Assembly: GCF_964204645.1 (NCBI RefSeq)
Contig: NC_134031.1
Coordinates: forward strand, 12,216,088 to 12,280,087
Reading direction: 5' to 3'
DNA: 64,000 nucleotides
Source of the DNA: Tubulanus polymorphus
Lineage: Eukaryota > Animalia > Nemertea
Shown: piece by piece, positions 23,863 through 36,377 of the stretch
Position numbering within the stretch: the first letter of the stretch is position 1
Layout of the letters: every line of letters begins with the position of its first letter
Translations under genes and position numbers: made by a program
The notes under the pieces: generated by a model
Told to the model about the DNA's origin: nothing
Database searches by the model: none
What the model saw: the letters and a program-made list of their open reading frames with translations, nothing else

Positions 23863-26439
23863 ATTCCGTCACCGAAATGAATTGAAGAGTTGAAGTTTCT
23901 CTTTCTGCTGATTTCCCAGTCTAACTGCATATACATAATCATTTACAGTCCACACATAAGAAAAAAGTCTGCTCCTCACAGCACGATTTATTAACTGCGA
24001 GATTTCGGGGCTAGGTCTTATTTTTATCACTATTCCTATGTCTTTAAAAGTTTTTTTGTTGAAGATGACATCATTTCGGATTTCATCGTTGCTGAATCTT
24101 ATAATCATGCTATCAGCTGATGTTGATCTCAGCCTGTTCGGCACACGGTGTGCTATATCATATCTGTGCATTCGATTTATACGTCTATATTATTCTCTCT
24201 GAATTTATTGTTGATTGACTTGACAGTTTCCTTACAATTTTAGTTTTCTTTCTGCTCTACTCCAAATACTCTCAAGTTGTTTCTTCTTGAGTATTGTTCA
24301 TTTTTGATAGTTTTACGTATGATATCTAATGTTTCACGTCTTATTTGTTTTTCGAATTCATCACTTGAAGTTTTCGCTTTTCTAAACAATTCAAGTCTGG
24401 TTTCAGTTTGATGAATCATATTTTCAATTTTTCTATCATGGGCCACGATTTTCTTGTCTATTTTGTCAATCATCTCATTGTAAATTCCTCCAACGACTTA
24501 GTCGTAACCATTTTTGATTTAATGTTAGAGACAACTTGCAAAAACTTTTGCAGGCTTGCTTCATCAGATATTTGCTCTTCGTCGTCGGTAGCTTTTGATG
24601 TTCGCGGTCAGAATTTTTTAATTCTCAGCTGTGTACTTTTATCTATGTCAATCAGTTGCGCAGTGTTACTACTATTTTAGCTTTTTTTCCATTAGGTTAT
24701 CTGTAGTTCCTTTTTTAATGGAAAGTTAGTAAATTCGGTGATTTTTCAGAAAACTGTTTAATCGTTTTTTGGCTAATATTCACTGATTAAAAACAGAAAT
24801 TTGATTCATTATAAACAAATGTATAATACCGAACATTCAACACACACCAGTGTGTGTTTCACTTTAGATCACAGCTTATTTCATTTGAATATCAGCTTAT
24901 TTGAGTTGAATTCCAGATTTGTGTTTACTCTATTCATACACAGGGTTCACTTCACAGAAACTAATCGCAGTCTTCTATTCATACAAAAATATCCAAACAA
25001 ATTGTGAAGTACACCAGGCCAGCTTGATGCTATGAGTATATATGAGTTAACAGATGAGTTTACAACTCTATCATCGAATTTCAGTCATCTACATGGTAAC
25101 AATGCACAACGTTGACCTCAGTTCGAAACATTTATCTCGCTACCGGTACAGAAACTAGTTCAGCACAGTTTTAGTTGACAGCAAAATTTGCAGCTTTTTG
25201 CAGAGCTATGGATTGCAACTTGCACCGTCAGCCATATTGCCTTCAGCCTATTATTATAAAATGGTTTCCTTTTTTAAACACCATTATTTGTGAAGAGAAA
25301 GCTGTTACATAGTTGCTTGTTGATTCCTTGAGTCTGAAAAAATGTATTACCAGTAAATAGACAGCGGTTTCTATCAAAATAGTTTTTAAGGAACTGGTAC
25401 ATGTTTGGTCATAGCACATTTCATGTTTGCAGTCATCTGAATCTACGGCCCGACCCTAGGAACAATCGCGCTCCATCCCCAAACTGATAATACTTGGTTC
25501 TCCGAAGTTCACAAAAAGTTGATTGACGTCGATAACCAATGTTTGCCCGAGTGCCAATCTCTTTTTCAGACTAGATTCTGACTGCTGCAGCAGGTGGTAA
25601 TGGCAGACAGTGAATGGTATCATAAAATGATGTCAGATCAAATTGCGTGCAAATATTGGGATTCGAAGCCAACTCAGTGCATCAATTTGTCCGAAGCTTT
25701 GTCCAACACCGGGTATCCCGGGGGGAAAACATGGTTACTATTCACAGTGAAAGTGAAGAAATTCTGTGTTTTTGGAAAATTCTGCGAATCCGTGATCCCG
25801 CGATATGACATCATCGCAGTAAGACTACCCTACCCTTCGCAGCCCAATAACAGTGATGTGACAACAAGAATATATCAAATACCCCAAGGATGAATGGGGC
25901 AACAGAATTTGGGTGATGGGCCTCAACGTAATGGTTACTCAAACCTAACCAAGCTGGCTGGTGTAATCAGCTGAGCTGGAACCACTCACCTAAACATACT
26001 AGTTGAAAACTAAGTTAATGGACATCACATCGAAGGTTCACCCTCCTCTACACCTAGTAAGGGCACTAGGGCATTCACACTGCGGCTGATGTGATCGTCC
26101 ATGACTCAGGGCTCTATGGCACGGGCCGAGTAAATATCCAGGAAGATGTCACTATCCTTCTTGATATGGATGCCACAGTCAATGACCTCAAAACCTCAGT
26201 CTGGGCATCTTGTCACCAGTAATTGAGTTGCAAAAAGCCAAGAGATGCCTAAGTTCAGCTAATGGACAGGATCTTCACCTTATAAGGATAGGTAGATAAG
26301 GTAGCACTAACATAAGTGGGTTGTGACTTAGATAACTCCTATGGTTATTGTTATTGGCCGGAGTGGCCGTTCGAATCCCTAACCCTGTCCCTGGTGTATG
26401 AGAGTGACCAAGATGGGTTAGTCTCCCAGGAGCAAATCC

Positions 26440-26760
26440 CAGACGACAAGATCCAGCCCATACTGCACGGCTTGCAGATTGCTGACATGGGGATTGCAGA
26501 GGGGATCAGAAAAGAATTGATCAGTATGATCTGGAGCAACATTGATCTGTTATTTTCAGGTGATTTTGAACTGGGGCACACTGGGAATATACGTCCTTAC
26601 TACTGTTCAACTTCTAGAACAGGGTTTGATATGCGAGATGCATGGGTGCCAGTTGCATGGGGCTTTGTCAAAAGTAAAGCCGGTTTCCGAGCAGCTAAAT
26701 AAAAACTGAAATCGAAAAAGTGCCACTTGTTTCTAAGGAGAAAGAGGGTCAGATCGGCCT
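26440..26760 (+). pseudogene. Old Gypsy pol fragments
   Basis: LFSGDFELGHTGNI and FRAAK*KLKSKKCHLF resemble VFSMGDFDIGRTD and FQKAGLKLKPRKCSL in the intact Gypsy pol of this window. Confidence 0.55.
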
Positions 26761-27827
26761 GGAAGGCAACATGGAAACGCAGACGCCATGTGTATGTAGC
26801 AATGTGCTGTGTATGTGTTACTGACAGTTTTGTATTTTGAGTTGTATCAATGTTGAGGTTTAAAATACATCCATTTTCAAAAGATTGCCAAACAATTGCT
26901 TGGGGATTCTCTTTGGTTAAATAGCTCTGGGCAGTATGAGTAGCTCGGTTCTCATAAATCCTGGATGTTGCTCGATTTAGTAGATCCGAGCTGCTCCGCT
27001 TCTTGCTTGAAATTGAACATATGAAATACTGAGCCACAGCACAATATTCGGTGACTTGCGTGACGGGTTGCTTGGACTATCTGTCATCTTTGAACTCCAT
27101 GTGATTGCACCAACCTCTGAACTCTGTTTTAAGGTTTTATATTCCGCCCGAACAAAATGTTATTAATTATCTGGCTGAGTTATACACCATCCAGAATTCG
27201 ACCAAGGAGGATTTTTTGCCGAGTAATTGCCTGGATTAGCTTCTAGTAGCAAGAAATTAATGTCAATGTTGCTATTCCTGTAGAGATGAAAATACCACTA
27301 AAGCAAAAACTATCATCATTAATTTCAATAATCTTGAATTCAGAGATGTAAGTATTCCATTTATGAAAGGATTTTTGGTTTTTTCATTCACTGACACATG
27401 ACAGTTTCCAATTGATGGAGGGTTAACAAAATTGGAGTCTCCAACTGTTCAGAATTTTTAGTAGTCTATCTGGGAAATTTCCCTCAGCGATTAAACAACA
27501 TGCAATCCGATTGGTACAGCAAGTTTTCATGCAGAAACCAGCACCTGACTTGCAAACTTCGGCTAGTGTGGCAGAGTTTCATGCTGTGGCCGAGTCAAGC
27601 AATGCCATCAGATTTGAATCAATTTGAATTTAGCCTTGACCCCTGCTTATTCTGGATGGAAGGTTTTGGAAACTGTCAGTGAGGAAAAGCATCAGTGCAA
27701 TTTATCCGCATTAACATCATGAGGAGTCACTGACTTCCATGCTAGTGCTAAGCTTTTAAGTTTTTCCACTAAAAACCTTTATCTAACGCCCTTGGTAGAC
27801 AAAGAAGGGACTATGAAAGGAGTTTAC

Positions 27828-28070
27828 CTGGAACAATTGCTTCTTCGTTTAAACACGTATCTCCATCCTTATGTCGAAAAATTGGCTCGGGTGTGCGATC
27901 ACCATCACTATAATCATCTTCATCGGTAGAGTCCTTTTCATGAGAATGATCGATGATTTCAACATGGGCATCAGTTGTAATTCCCATTTCAGTATCCATT
28001 TGACCTCCAAAACCTTTCTGACCTGTATGACCTTTATGTCCATACAGGTCTATACTATCACCTGACTGAC
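27828..28070 (-). CDS. SMG8: SMG8 exon (GQSGDSIDLYG...acidic linker...EEAIVP)
   Basis: Acceptor ttcttggacag|GT, donor CCAG|gtaaac; 243 nt, phase 1 to 1. Continues LSLG-QS motif in frame between neighbouring exons. Confidence 0.82.
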
Positions 28071-28482
28071 CTGTCCAAGAAAAAAAAACAACTTGCATAA
28101 GACAAGCATCCCGTTGGTTGATAGAGCTATGCTGTTTTATGATAATATTTACGGTTACACATCACGAGTCCGACGGTTCAGGAGTCTGAAGGTTCACAAG
28201 TCGACTACTTACGAGTCAGATATTTTACTTCTCTTGCAATAGGAGTGATTTATTTGATTAATTGATTTTGATTTAATATGGTGTGCCATGCAGACTCACC
28301 GTTCACACCTGCCAGGAACAAAAGGGGGGTTTGATTTTGAAATTGGGAATTGAGGTACAGATATGTAGTCATGTAGATGATCGGTCCTATATATACTAAT
28401 TGGTAATTTTGGCCTGTAAAATCGATTCTAGGTTTTGAAACAGATTGGCGATAAAAAGTTTACACCTGTTGATTTTGCTCCT

Positions 28483-29060
28483 TTAACCATTTAACCGGCA
28501 ATCCGTTGCTAGCGACCGATTTGAATAGACCAGCTATAGTGAATAGGATAGTCAAGTATTGATTTCAGGGAAGCATTCTAAGTCATTTTCCTGTGAGCAG
28601 ATGGCGACACCACACGGCCTACAATGTCTAACAAAGCAGGAAAGTGATATATCATACTTTTGGCATGTAGTAGGGGGTATAGAAACCACATGTCACGTGG
28701 GTCAGATTTCTGAAGTTGAAAAGATCGTTAGTAGTAATGGCCAATGCACTAAATACGCTCTCTAGTGAGTTTGGCTGATAATTTGGACATAGTAATGAAA
28801 TATTCTGATGATAATTCGCATTGGGATGAATCTGATGACAGTGCTTGATTATGGATGGCCCTAAAATCTGGATGACCTTGGGACCTGTGACCCTGGGGTC
28901 AGACCCTGAAGGTGGCCCCCAAAGTTCGCAAACTTTGTACCATTCGAAAGCTAATGAAAAGAGCTTTTATAAAATACATGCAATATGGGGTTATCCCTCA
29001 TATCTACTGAGTTATTCAGTTTTCCCCTTGTAAGGTCCAAAATCACTCACAGGCCAAGTA
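28483..29060 (+). mobile_element. piggyBac-like non-autonomous element, truncated; related end at 40880-41000
   Basis: TTAA-ccatttaaccggcaa start; 28965-29055 matches 40882-40972, which ends ttgccagttaaaggg-TTAA. Confidence 0.55.
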
Positions 29061-29074
29061 CCAATACAATAGAG

Positions 29075-29985
29075 CAAGTAAGACGGTAATGCATAGGCGA
29101 CGCTGGCGTAAAATGTGCCATGCACCGCTAACAACAAATGTATTTGATAGAAACGCGGCGGAACCCGGCAAAATCGACCTCAGGCAGAGGGGTCACCATA
29201 ACCACGAAGTGGATGACAGTCTTATAGCGAGAGACTCTTTCGTCAATACAATGAAACACGTTATTGAAGATGACCCCCATGAAGCCAATTAAAAGACTGT
29301 TTAAAAGACTGTCAGCATTTTGCGCGAGCAAATATAGCTGTGCAGGGAGGTGGAGATAGGCCTCCAGCTCTACCAGATTTTGACTCTATGCATACGCAGA
29401 TGTATCAGGTGAAAGCTAGTATGGTGCCTGAAATCCCTCCTGTTATACTGGATGTTGATATAGGCGTATGGGCTTATACGTGGCGACAAAGGCAGTTCTT
29501 ACTATTCCAAGACAACAATTGGGCCATCATGATTTTTGCAACTAGATCAAATCTACAGGTGCTGATACAATGTAATGAGCTTTATATGGGCGCAACATTT
29601 TGAACGACCCCTGATCCGCGTGTGCAAGTATTTACAACGCTGGTTGATTATCATGGGCGGGTGTTGCCATTTGTGGAAGTACTGATGACCAATAGAACTA
29701 TTAGAGATTATTCCGAGTACTGCATGTACTCAAGCGCAAAAATAGACGAGTGGTTGATCATCGATGGCAACAAGACTCAGTCATGGATTTTGAGCAAGCA
29801 CTAATGACTGCATTGGAAACAGAAATGCCATTAACAAATATTCGAGGATGCAATTTTTTCACTCAACCAAAGTCTCATGTTCAGGTATTAGGATTGCTTG
29901 CAGCATACAGAAACAATCACCGTGAGCAGAAACTGCTTCACAAAAACATGGCAATCGGGTTTCAACCGCCGCACCAATAATCACG
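29075..29985 (+). pseudogene. Mutator-like (MULE) transposase relic
   Basis: WR...C...HNH, MIFATRSNL...LYMGATF (cf. DGTF), GRVLPFVEVLMTNRT, MDFEQAL...IRGCNF (cf. DFE..GC.FH). Confidence 0.8.
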
Positions 29986-30123
29986 CAGAAGGTGAGATGA
30001 TTGCATATGCTTGAAAGTTGGTGTCATGTTTCAGATAAAGTTGGAAATGATTAACATATGATAACTGAAGTAATGTTAAATCTCTTCGCATTATAATGTT
30101 CGTTTCTTTCTATTTCCAATTTA

Positions 30124-32850
30124 TTATGAAAGGCACTTGAATTTGAATAATAATAAGAACGCAACTATCACAATCTTCATGATGATAATGAGTTTATTTA
30201 CATTTTCAAACGTTTCGATCGATTTCGACTCATCTCTTCGAGTCCTTTTCAAGAAATGACATGAAAAGATACAAACTATGTATAGTATACTGTTACTAAT
30301 TACAGAGAATATCATGCAGAGGTGAAGTGGCCTAGTTTACAAAGTACAAATGGATTATAAACATATCAAAATACGTTCAGTAAAAATGAGACCATGTGTA
30401 GAAAGTTGTTTGTTTATACTTGGTTTTTTGGATTTTATATATAATGCCTCTTTGATGGTGATTTCAAAGTCATTTTTTCCAGAATCAACGATTGAAAAGT
30501 TGTTTTTTAAAGAAAAATTTGATGCACAATTTTTACATGATGTTAAATGTTACTTAATTGCTGAAGGCGAAGTTCCATGCTCCTTTACCCTTGTGGCCAA
30601 ATGTCGCATTGTTTTACCAATGTATGTGTTATTTGCATCACGCAAACATTTGAATTTATAAATAACATTGGCTAACAAGGGTGAAGGAGTATGGGACTTG
30701 AGTGAAAAGTAGTTCCTAATTTTGAAAGAAGTAAAGACAATACGAATATCCACGTTGTAATATTGTTTGAATAGACTCTTGAGTTTTCTGCCAAATATAA
30801 TCGAAGGGAGGCCTATGTAAGGAACGAAAAAAAGTGTTTCGACCTTATCTTCCCTGACCATACTAGCGGGAGTATCATCACTACATTTGCTATTCAAAAA
30901 TCTTCTAAGACACGAATTAAACAAATCATGTGGGTAGCCATTTTTGTGGAAAACGTTTTTTAGGAAATCAATTTCTTGTGAGAAAACAAACCAACTACTG
31001 CTTATGGTATATGCTCTATGGAGCAGACATTGGATTAAGCCAAATTTCCATTTTTGAGGACACATAGCTGAAAAGTTTAGAATCAAGCTAGTGTAAGTTG
31101 ATTTTCTAAATACATGAGAAGTGAAGGTACCATCATCCGTTGTTGGGAGCGAAATATACGTATCTAGAAATGGAAGTGTAGACGGTCCTATTTCTGAAGT
31201 AAATTTAAGATTAGGGTGTAGTGCATTAAGTTTCTCCAGGAAAGATGCATGTATTGAATCACGTCTGAATACACAGAAAATATCATCAACATAACGTAGG
31301 TATAACGATGGCGCGAAACTTTTCCCTGAAAAATCATTTAGCAGCTTAGATTCAAAATAAGCCAGACAGAATTAGCCATAGTGGGCCCTAGAGGGCTGCC
31401 CATAGTAACTCCATCTACCTGTCGGAAAAATCTTTCGCGATACATAAAGATTCCACTTGTTGCTATTTTCATGAGTTGTTTAAAGGTAGCCTTATCAAAA
31501 TCTGGTTTAGTAGTCGATCCATAGATATGGTCTGCTATAATATTGATAGTTTGTCCCAATGGTACATTAGCAACAAAGTGACACGACATCAAAGCTGATC
31601 AGTATATCAGTAGGTTTGAAATAGAATTGTTTCAATCGCTCCAAAAAACTGGAGGTACTGTCTAGCAAGTAATTAGAAGGAAAATGTGGTTTGATAATAA
31701 GTAATTAGAAGGAAAATGTGGTTTGATAATATTGTCAAGGTATTTAGCCAAATTATACTCTGCTGTGTTTAACATTGAAACTACAGGTCTGAAAGGAAGA
31801 CCTGGCTTATGAGCTTTACAGAGGCCATAAAGTTTGCCTGGTTGGCTGCCAGATGGATAAATCGAATCATAAACCTTTTACTAATCGAGTCTTTTACATT
31901 TTTTCGTAGATAATTTTTGATAGAATTTTCATTTCTTATCACTGGGTGCGATAAATTTGGATTGACCAGAATTTCTAGAAACTTAGATTTGTCAAAAACA
32001 ATGTTGTCTAGTTTTTCAAAATATTCATTTGAATTAATAATGACTATACCATTTCGTCAAAAGAACAAACCTTGATATCTGAGTAGTTTTTTAAGTCCTT
32101 AAGAGTTCTATGGAAGTTTTGGCTAATCCTAGAACCACAAATAGTCTTTCCACTATGCAAAAACGACTGTGTTGCATGTCTCAAGTCGTCCTTTATTTTT
32201 GACTCTGTGTTCTGGTCTGATCCACTAACGATAGTCCTTTTATTGAAATGCCAAAGTTGTTCAACCTGCGTTTTAATTTGGATTTCATTGATGTTCTTTG
32301 GTAGAATGTGATGTTTCAATCCTAATCGAAGTGCATTTTCTTCCTCGATCGTCAGTTTTCTATCGCTGATGTTTAATAAACAGTCTGGAGCTGGAGCGCG
32401 TTGATCTTTCCATAGCTTTGTCAGTTTCCGTTTCATTGGTCTCATGTGTACAATTTTTGTTGAGTTTGGACATGAGAATTGAGTATTCTAGGTAGCTCAG
32501 ATTCTCACATATTTTCGATTTCAATTTCTTGTATTTGTGACAAGTATTTTGTAACTCCGATCGTAATAATCCGACTTGATTTTTTAAAATCTCAGTTTCG
32601 ATGTTCTCAGTTCGACTGTAAGCTTTTAGTCTTGGAGGTTTGAACATCAGAAATTTCGGACAAATTTTCAAGTTGATGCATCGTTCAAAATAGAGTATAT
32701 CCAAGCGTAACTTTGTAACCTTTGAACAAATCCTCTCGAATTTCTTCAGTTCACTAATGTGTATATCTCTTCGGTTGCAGCAATAATAATATAATTTCGA
32801 AAGAGTATCCAGATACTTATTGTATCTTTATATGGTATACTAACTTCAAT
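30124..32850 (-). mobile_element. Penelope-like retroelement (RT plus GIY-YIG), degenerate
   Basis: CPKFLMFK N-terminus, GVTMGSPLGP, YLRYVDD, LLHRAY, NVIYKFKC...YIGKTMRHLATRVKEH; 32-bp internal duplication at 31667-31730. Confidence 0.9.
30213..30256 (-). ncRNA. Minimal type I hammerhead ribozyme, U3-A8 variant
   Basis: Minus strand UUUC-UUGAAAA-G-GACUC gaagagau GAGUC-GAAA-U CG A-UC-GAAA, in the pseudo-LTR of the Penelope-like element. Confidence 0.65.
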
Positions 32851-33422
32851 CCATCCAGTGTGAAGCATTTAGCGTTATACTTGATTAATTACATTAACTC
32901 TACCTATATAAATACCTCTATTACGGACCACAGTCAGTTCCATACTCTAATAAACATATGTTGATATATATTAAACATCCGTTGTCGTCGTTATTTATTG
33001 GGTATGGTTTGAACATGGAGTGGAATTTGAAAAGGAATTGGGTATTTCAGCCCTGGAGTTTTGTCCATAACAGCATCCATATTGATGTTAACTGTGCCAG
33101 TTACTGCGCTCCAGATGTGTTAAAGGTAAGATACGTGGATGAACCAAATTCGAAGGCAAACCATTCAAGGGTCTTCAAGAACAAAACTAACTGACAGACC
33201 GACAAACAGACAATGGACAAAAAGTGAATGCAATAGGCTGTCGGGACTTCTTAAGTCCTACTTGGGCCAAGAAGCCTTTCATCTAGGAAGGATAGCATTC
33301 AAATTCATTCCATTTGTGTATCAAAAAGCGGGCCTCAAAAACAAACATCAAAGTGTAAAGCGATATCAATTTTTGACTAAAGCAGAAATACTTTAGCAGT
33401 GTATATCATTAGTATCATTTAC

Positions 33423-33633
33423 CTAAACTGAGCGCTAAACTTAAATCTGGAGCAAGGTTTTCGATTGTAGATACAGCTTTATCTCGCATCTCAATGTCAC
33501 AAGAATGCACGTCCTGTGAAGCTGCAGCAGCTTTTGCATTTGTTGTACTTGGCTGGAATGATGGTAATTTAATCTCTTCAAGCTTCCCACAGCAGCTTAT
33601 TGACAAATTCTGATAGAAATCAAAATTAGCAGC
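33423..33633 (-). CDS. SMG8: SMG8 exon (AANFDFYQNLSISCCGKLEEIKLPSFQPST...LSLALSL)
   Basis: Acceptor ttattag|GCT, donor TTTAG|gtaaat; 211 nt, phase 0 to 1. Resembles AANYDFYQ...CCGKL...FEPST...LSLALSLG. Confidence 0.93.
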
Positions 33634-33882
33634 CTAATAAGAAAACAATACTTTAAAATAATATTTGCAACCACTTATTCAATCAATTTAAATGAAAGGG
33701 TCTAAGGACACCATATACATATAAGGGAATGTTTAAATTCTTGTCAATCGACTGGCTAATGAATGTATATGAAGTGATAGTAAATGTAAGCAACACAACA
33801 TTTATTTAGGTGATATTTACTGACTAGTGATTATCGGTCAGAAAAACTGATATAGGGCATTTCTCAGCAAACAAACTCTTGA

Positions 33883-36377
33883 ATTGTCGAATAAACACTA
33901 TAATCCGTGTAAACTTTACATAAATGAAGAAATCCCACACTTTTATAAACTTCGACAAGCACAAAAAATTCTTCAATCTCAAATACCGGACTTATTTCTT
34001 TGGAATCAACTTTGATCTCTAGTGAGACATTTGTCAAATAATAATAAAATTAAAAGATCCACCAACTATTTGCAACAATTGGATACTCTAATCGACAAAA
34101 GCCCTTGGTCAAGTTTTACTAATATAGACAATGTCGTGAACCTTTCATCTACCGTTCTGTCTAAATTGCAAACACAAGTTCTTGGATACGGACTCAATTT
34201 TGCTTTACCGCACCAGAAACGACACCTTTTGGATTTTGTACGCCAACTCGAATACCAGAATCGAAACAGCATCAATTACGGTTTCATATACATGAACCTA
34301 GAATCTATTTCAGACCAACTAAAAATTCAGTACAATGAATTTTTCCCGCGCCGGTTTAGATCTGCCCATAGTGAACTTCGGAGAATTAAAACAATCCGCA
34401 TCTCTAAATCAGACAAAGGAGGAAAAATTGTACTCATGGACATTGAATCGTATAAATCTAAAATGCAAGATCTACTTAACAATCCGAATGTTTACAAAAA
34501 ACTCAAATCGAACCCGTTAAAAACAATGCAAAATAAATTTAACTAAGGACTGTCGGACATTATTGCGAATTTTTAAAGATGACAATGTTTCGAAAACGCT
34601 GGATAAATTTAAATCTCGGTTACCGTCGCTCCCTTATCTCTATGGACTTCCGAAAATTCATAAGAAGGATATTCCGCTTCGACCGATCATCTCCAATTGT
34701 GATTCACCATCCTATAGACTATCTAAATATTTGGCTAAAACTCTTTCACCGGTTCTTGGCTCATTTTCGAATGCCCATTTACGCCATAACCATGACTTAT
34801 TGGAATGTTTAAAAAATGTTATTCCTGGGCATGATAAATTTATATCTTTTGATGTAGCTAGCTTATTCACTAATGTTCCTATAGAACCTACTTTGGACTT
34901 TCTTAGGAGAAAGTTACCTACTTTAGATTTTTATTTTGATATACCGGTTGATTGTCTTTTGGACTTAATTGAACTTTGTACAAAAAACTTATATTTTCAA
35001 TTTGGTTCTAACTTTTTTGAACAGATTTTTGGTACGGCTATGGGGAATCCAATTTCCCCTGTTCTTGCTGGTTTATTTTTGGAACATGTCGAAAGTGAAA
35101 TTCTTCCTCGTTACACCGAAAGTAGACCCAAAATTTGGCGACGTTACATTGATGATATACTTTGTTTAGTTTCCCCCGATTTTAATGTGAATGGATTCTT
35201 ACATTATTTGAACTCTTTATATCCTACTTTGAATTTCACTTTTGAGTGGGAAGAAAATAATTGCATCCCGTTTCTCGATGTACTCATTCATAATTTCAAA
35301 ACTAATTTGAAATTCTCTGTATATAGAAAACCGACTAACGCTGAAGCTTATCTTCATATTTTCTCATTTACTCCTTTGAACATCAAAATTGGAATAGCCC
35401 AAGGATTATTTCTTCGAGCTCTACGTATTTGTGATCAAATGTTTTTAGATAAAGAAATCAAACATATAAGAACTGCTCTCAAGAAACTAGCCTATCCAGA
35501 CAAAATTTTGAACAAAGCTTATTTCAAAGCCCGAATTCTCACTTTGGACATAACGACCTGACCACAAAACGCAGAGCTCAAAAGAATATTATAATCCCGT
35601 ATTTACCTACTTTGGAACGCTTTAAATCCACATTAAGCACCATCGACACTAGATTAGTCTTTCAGTATAATAACAAACTCACTAATGTTTTAACCAAAAA
35701 TAAACCCAACAGTGAGCTAATTGAGTCCAGGGTCTATAAGATACCATGTAAAGACTGTAATATGATGTACATCGGCGAAACGGGACGTAATCTCAGTCAG
35801 CGTATTAAAGAACACAAAATAGATATCCACAACCAAAAGCCTGAGAGTGGAATAGCGAATCATGTCTTTACAACCAATCACCAATTTGACTTTCAGAATT
35901 CGAAACTTATTTATCCTTGTAAAAAATATTCATAAGAGACACATAGTGGAATCAGCCCTTATATGTAAACTTTCGAAATCCAATTTATCTACTAATTTAA
36001 ACTGGTTTTTCTCCACATAACCAATTATTATCCAGACACATCAACTCTTTATTAGATTTGGGTTGATGTCACTATGTGTCACTCTGTTATCGCCACCCTC
36101 TTCAGTCCACTTCACTTAGTTACATAATTTGTTTTTACTCTGAACTGTTTAGAATTGCTGTGGTTTCCACGGTACCCCTTGATGTTTTATTGCTTGGTCT
36201 GTTTATCTTCAGTTTTGACACACTGCTTCAGATCCTGTGAGTTTATATGCTTTGTAACTTGTTTTTCTGGTCATTCCACCTGATGATGGCTGTTAGTCAA
36301 CAGCCGAAACGTTGTGGTTTCGTAATAATAAATTTGATAGTATAATTTCAAATTCGAAGTGTGGGATTTCTTCATTT
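33883..36377 (+). mobile_element. Penelope-like retroelement, 5'-truncated, with inverted 5' end
   Basis: ORFs 34022-35935: LYGLPKIHK, FDVASLFTNVP, GTAMGNPISP, WRRYIDD, VYKIPC...YIGETGR.L..RIKEH; 22-bp inverted repeat 33921-33942 / 36357-36378; aaactcttga at 33873-33882 and 36378-36387. Confidence 0.92.
36276..36317 (+). ncRNA. Minimal type I hammerhead ribozyme
   Basis: CCAC-CUGAUGA-U-GGCUGUU aguc AACAGCC-GAAAC-GUU-GUGG in the Penelope pseudo-LTR. Confidence 0.85.

Larger units (their letters stand above)
21600..25242 (-). mobile_element. Older CR1/L2-group LINE, internally deleted, with nested inserts
   Basis: 5' gcaatatggctgac; ORF1 pieces (NEQYSRRNNLRVFGV, DIAHRV, IIRFSN, VWTVND); RT pieces 22660-23520 and 21953-22320 (FLGVYIGEDLNWKPHI); endonuclease not seen. 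Confidence 0.8.
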
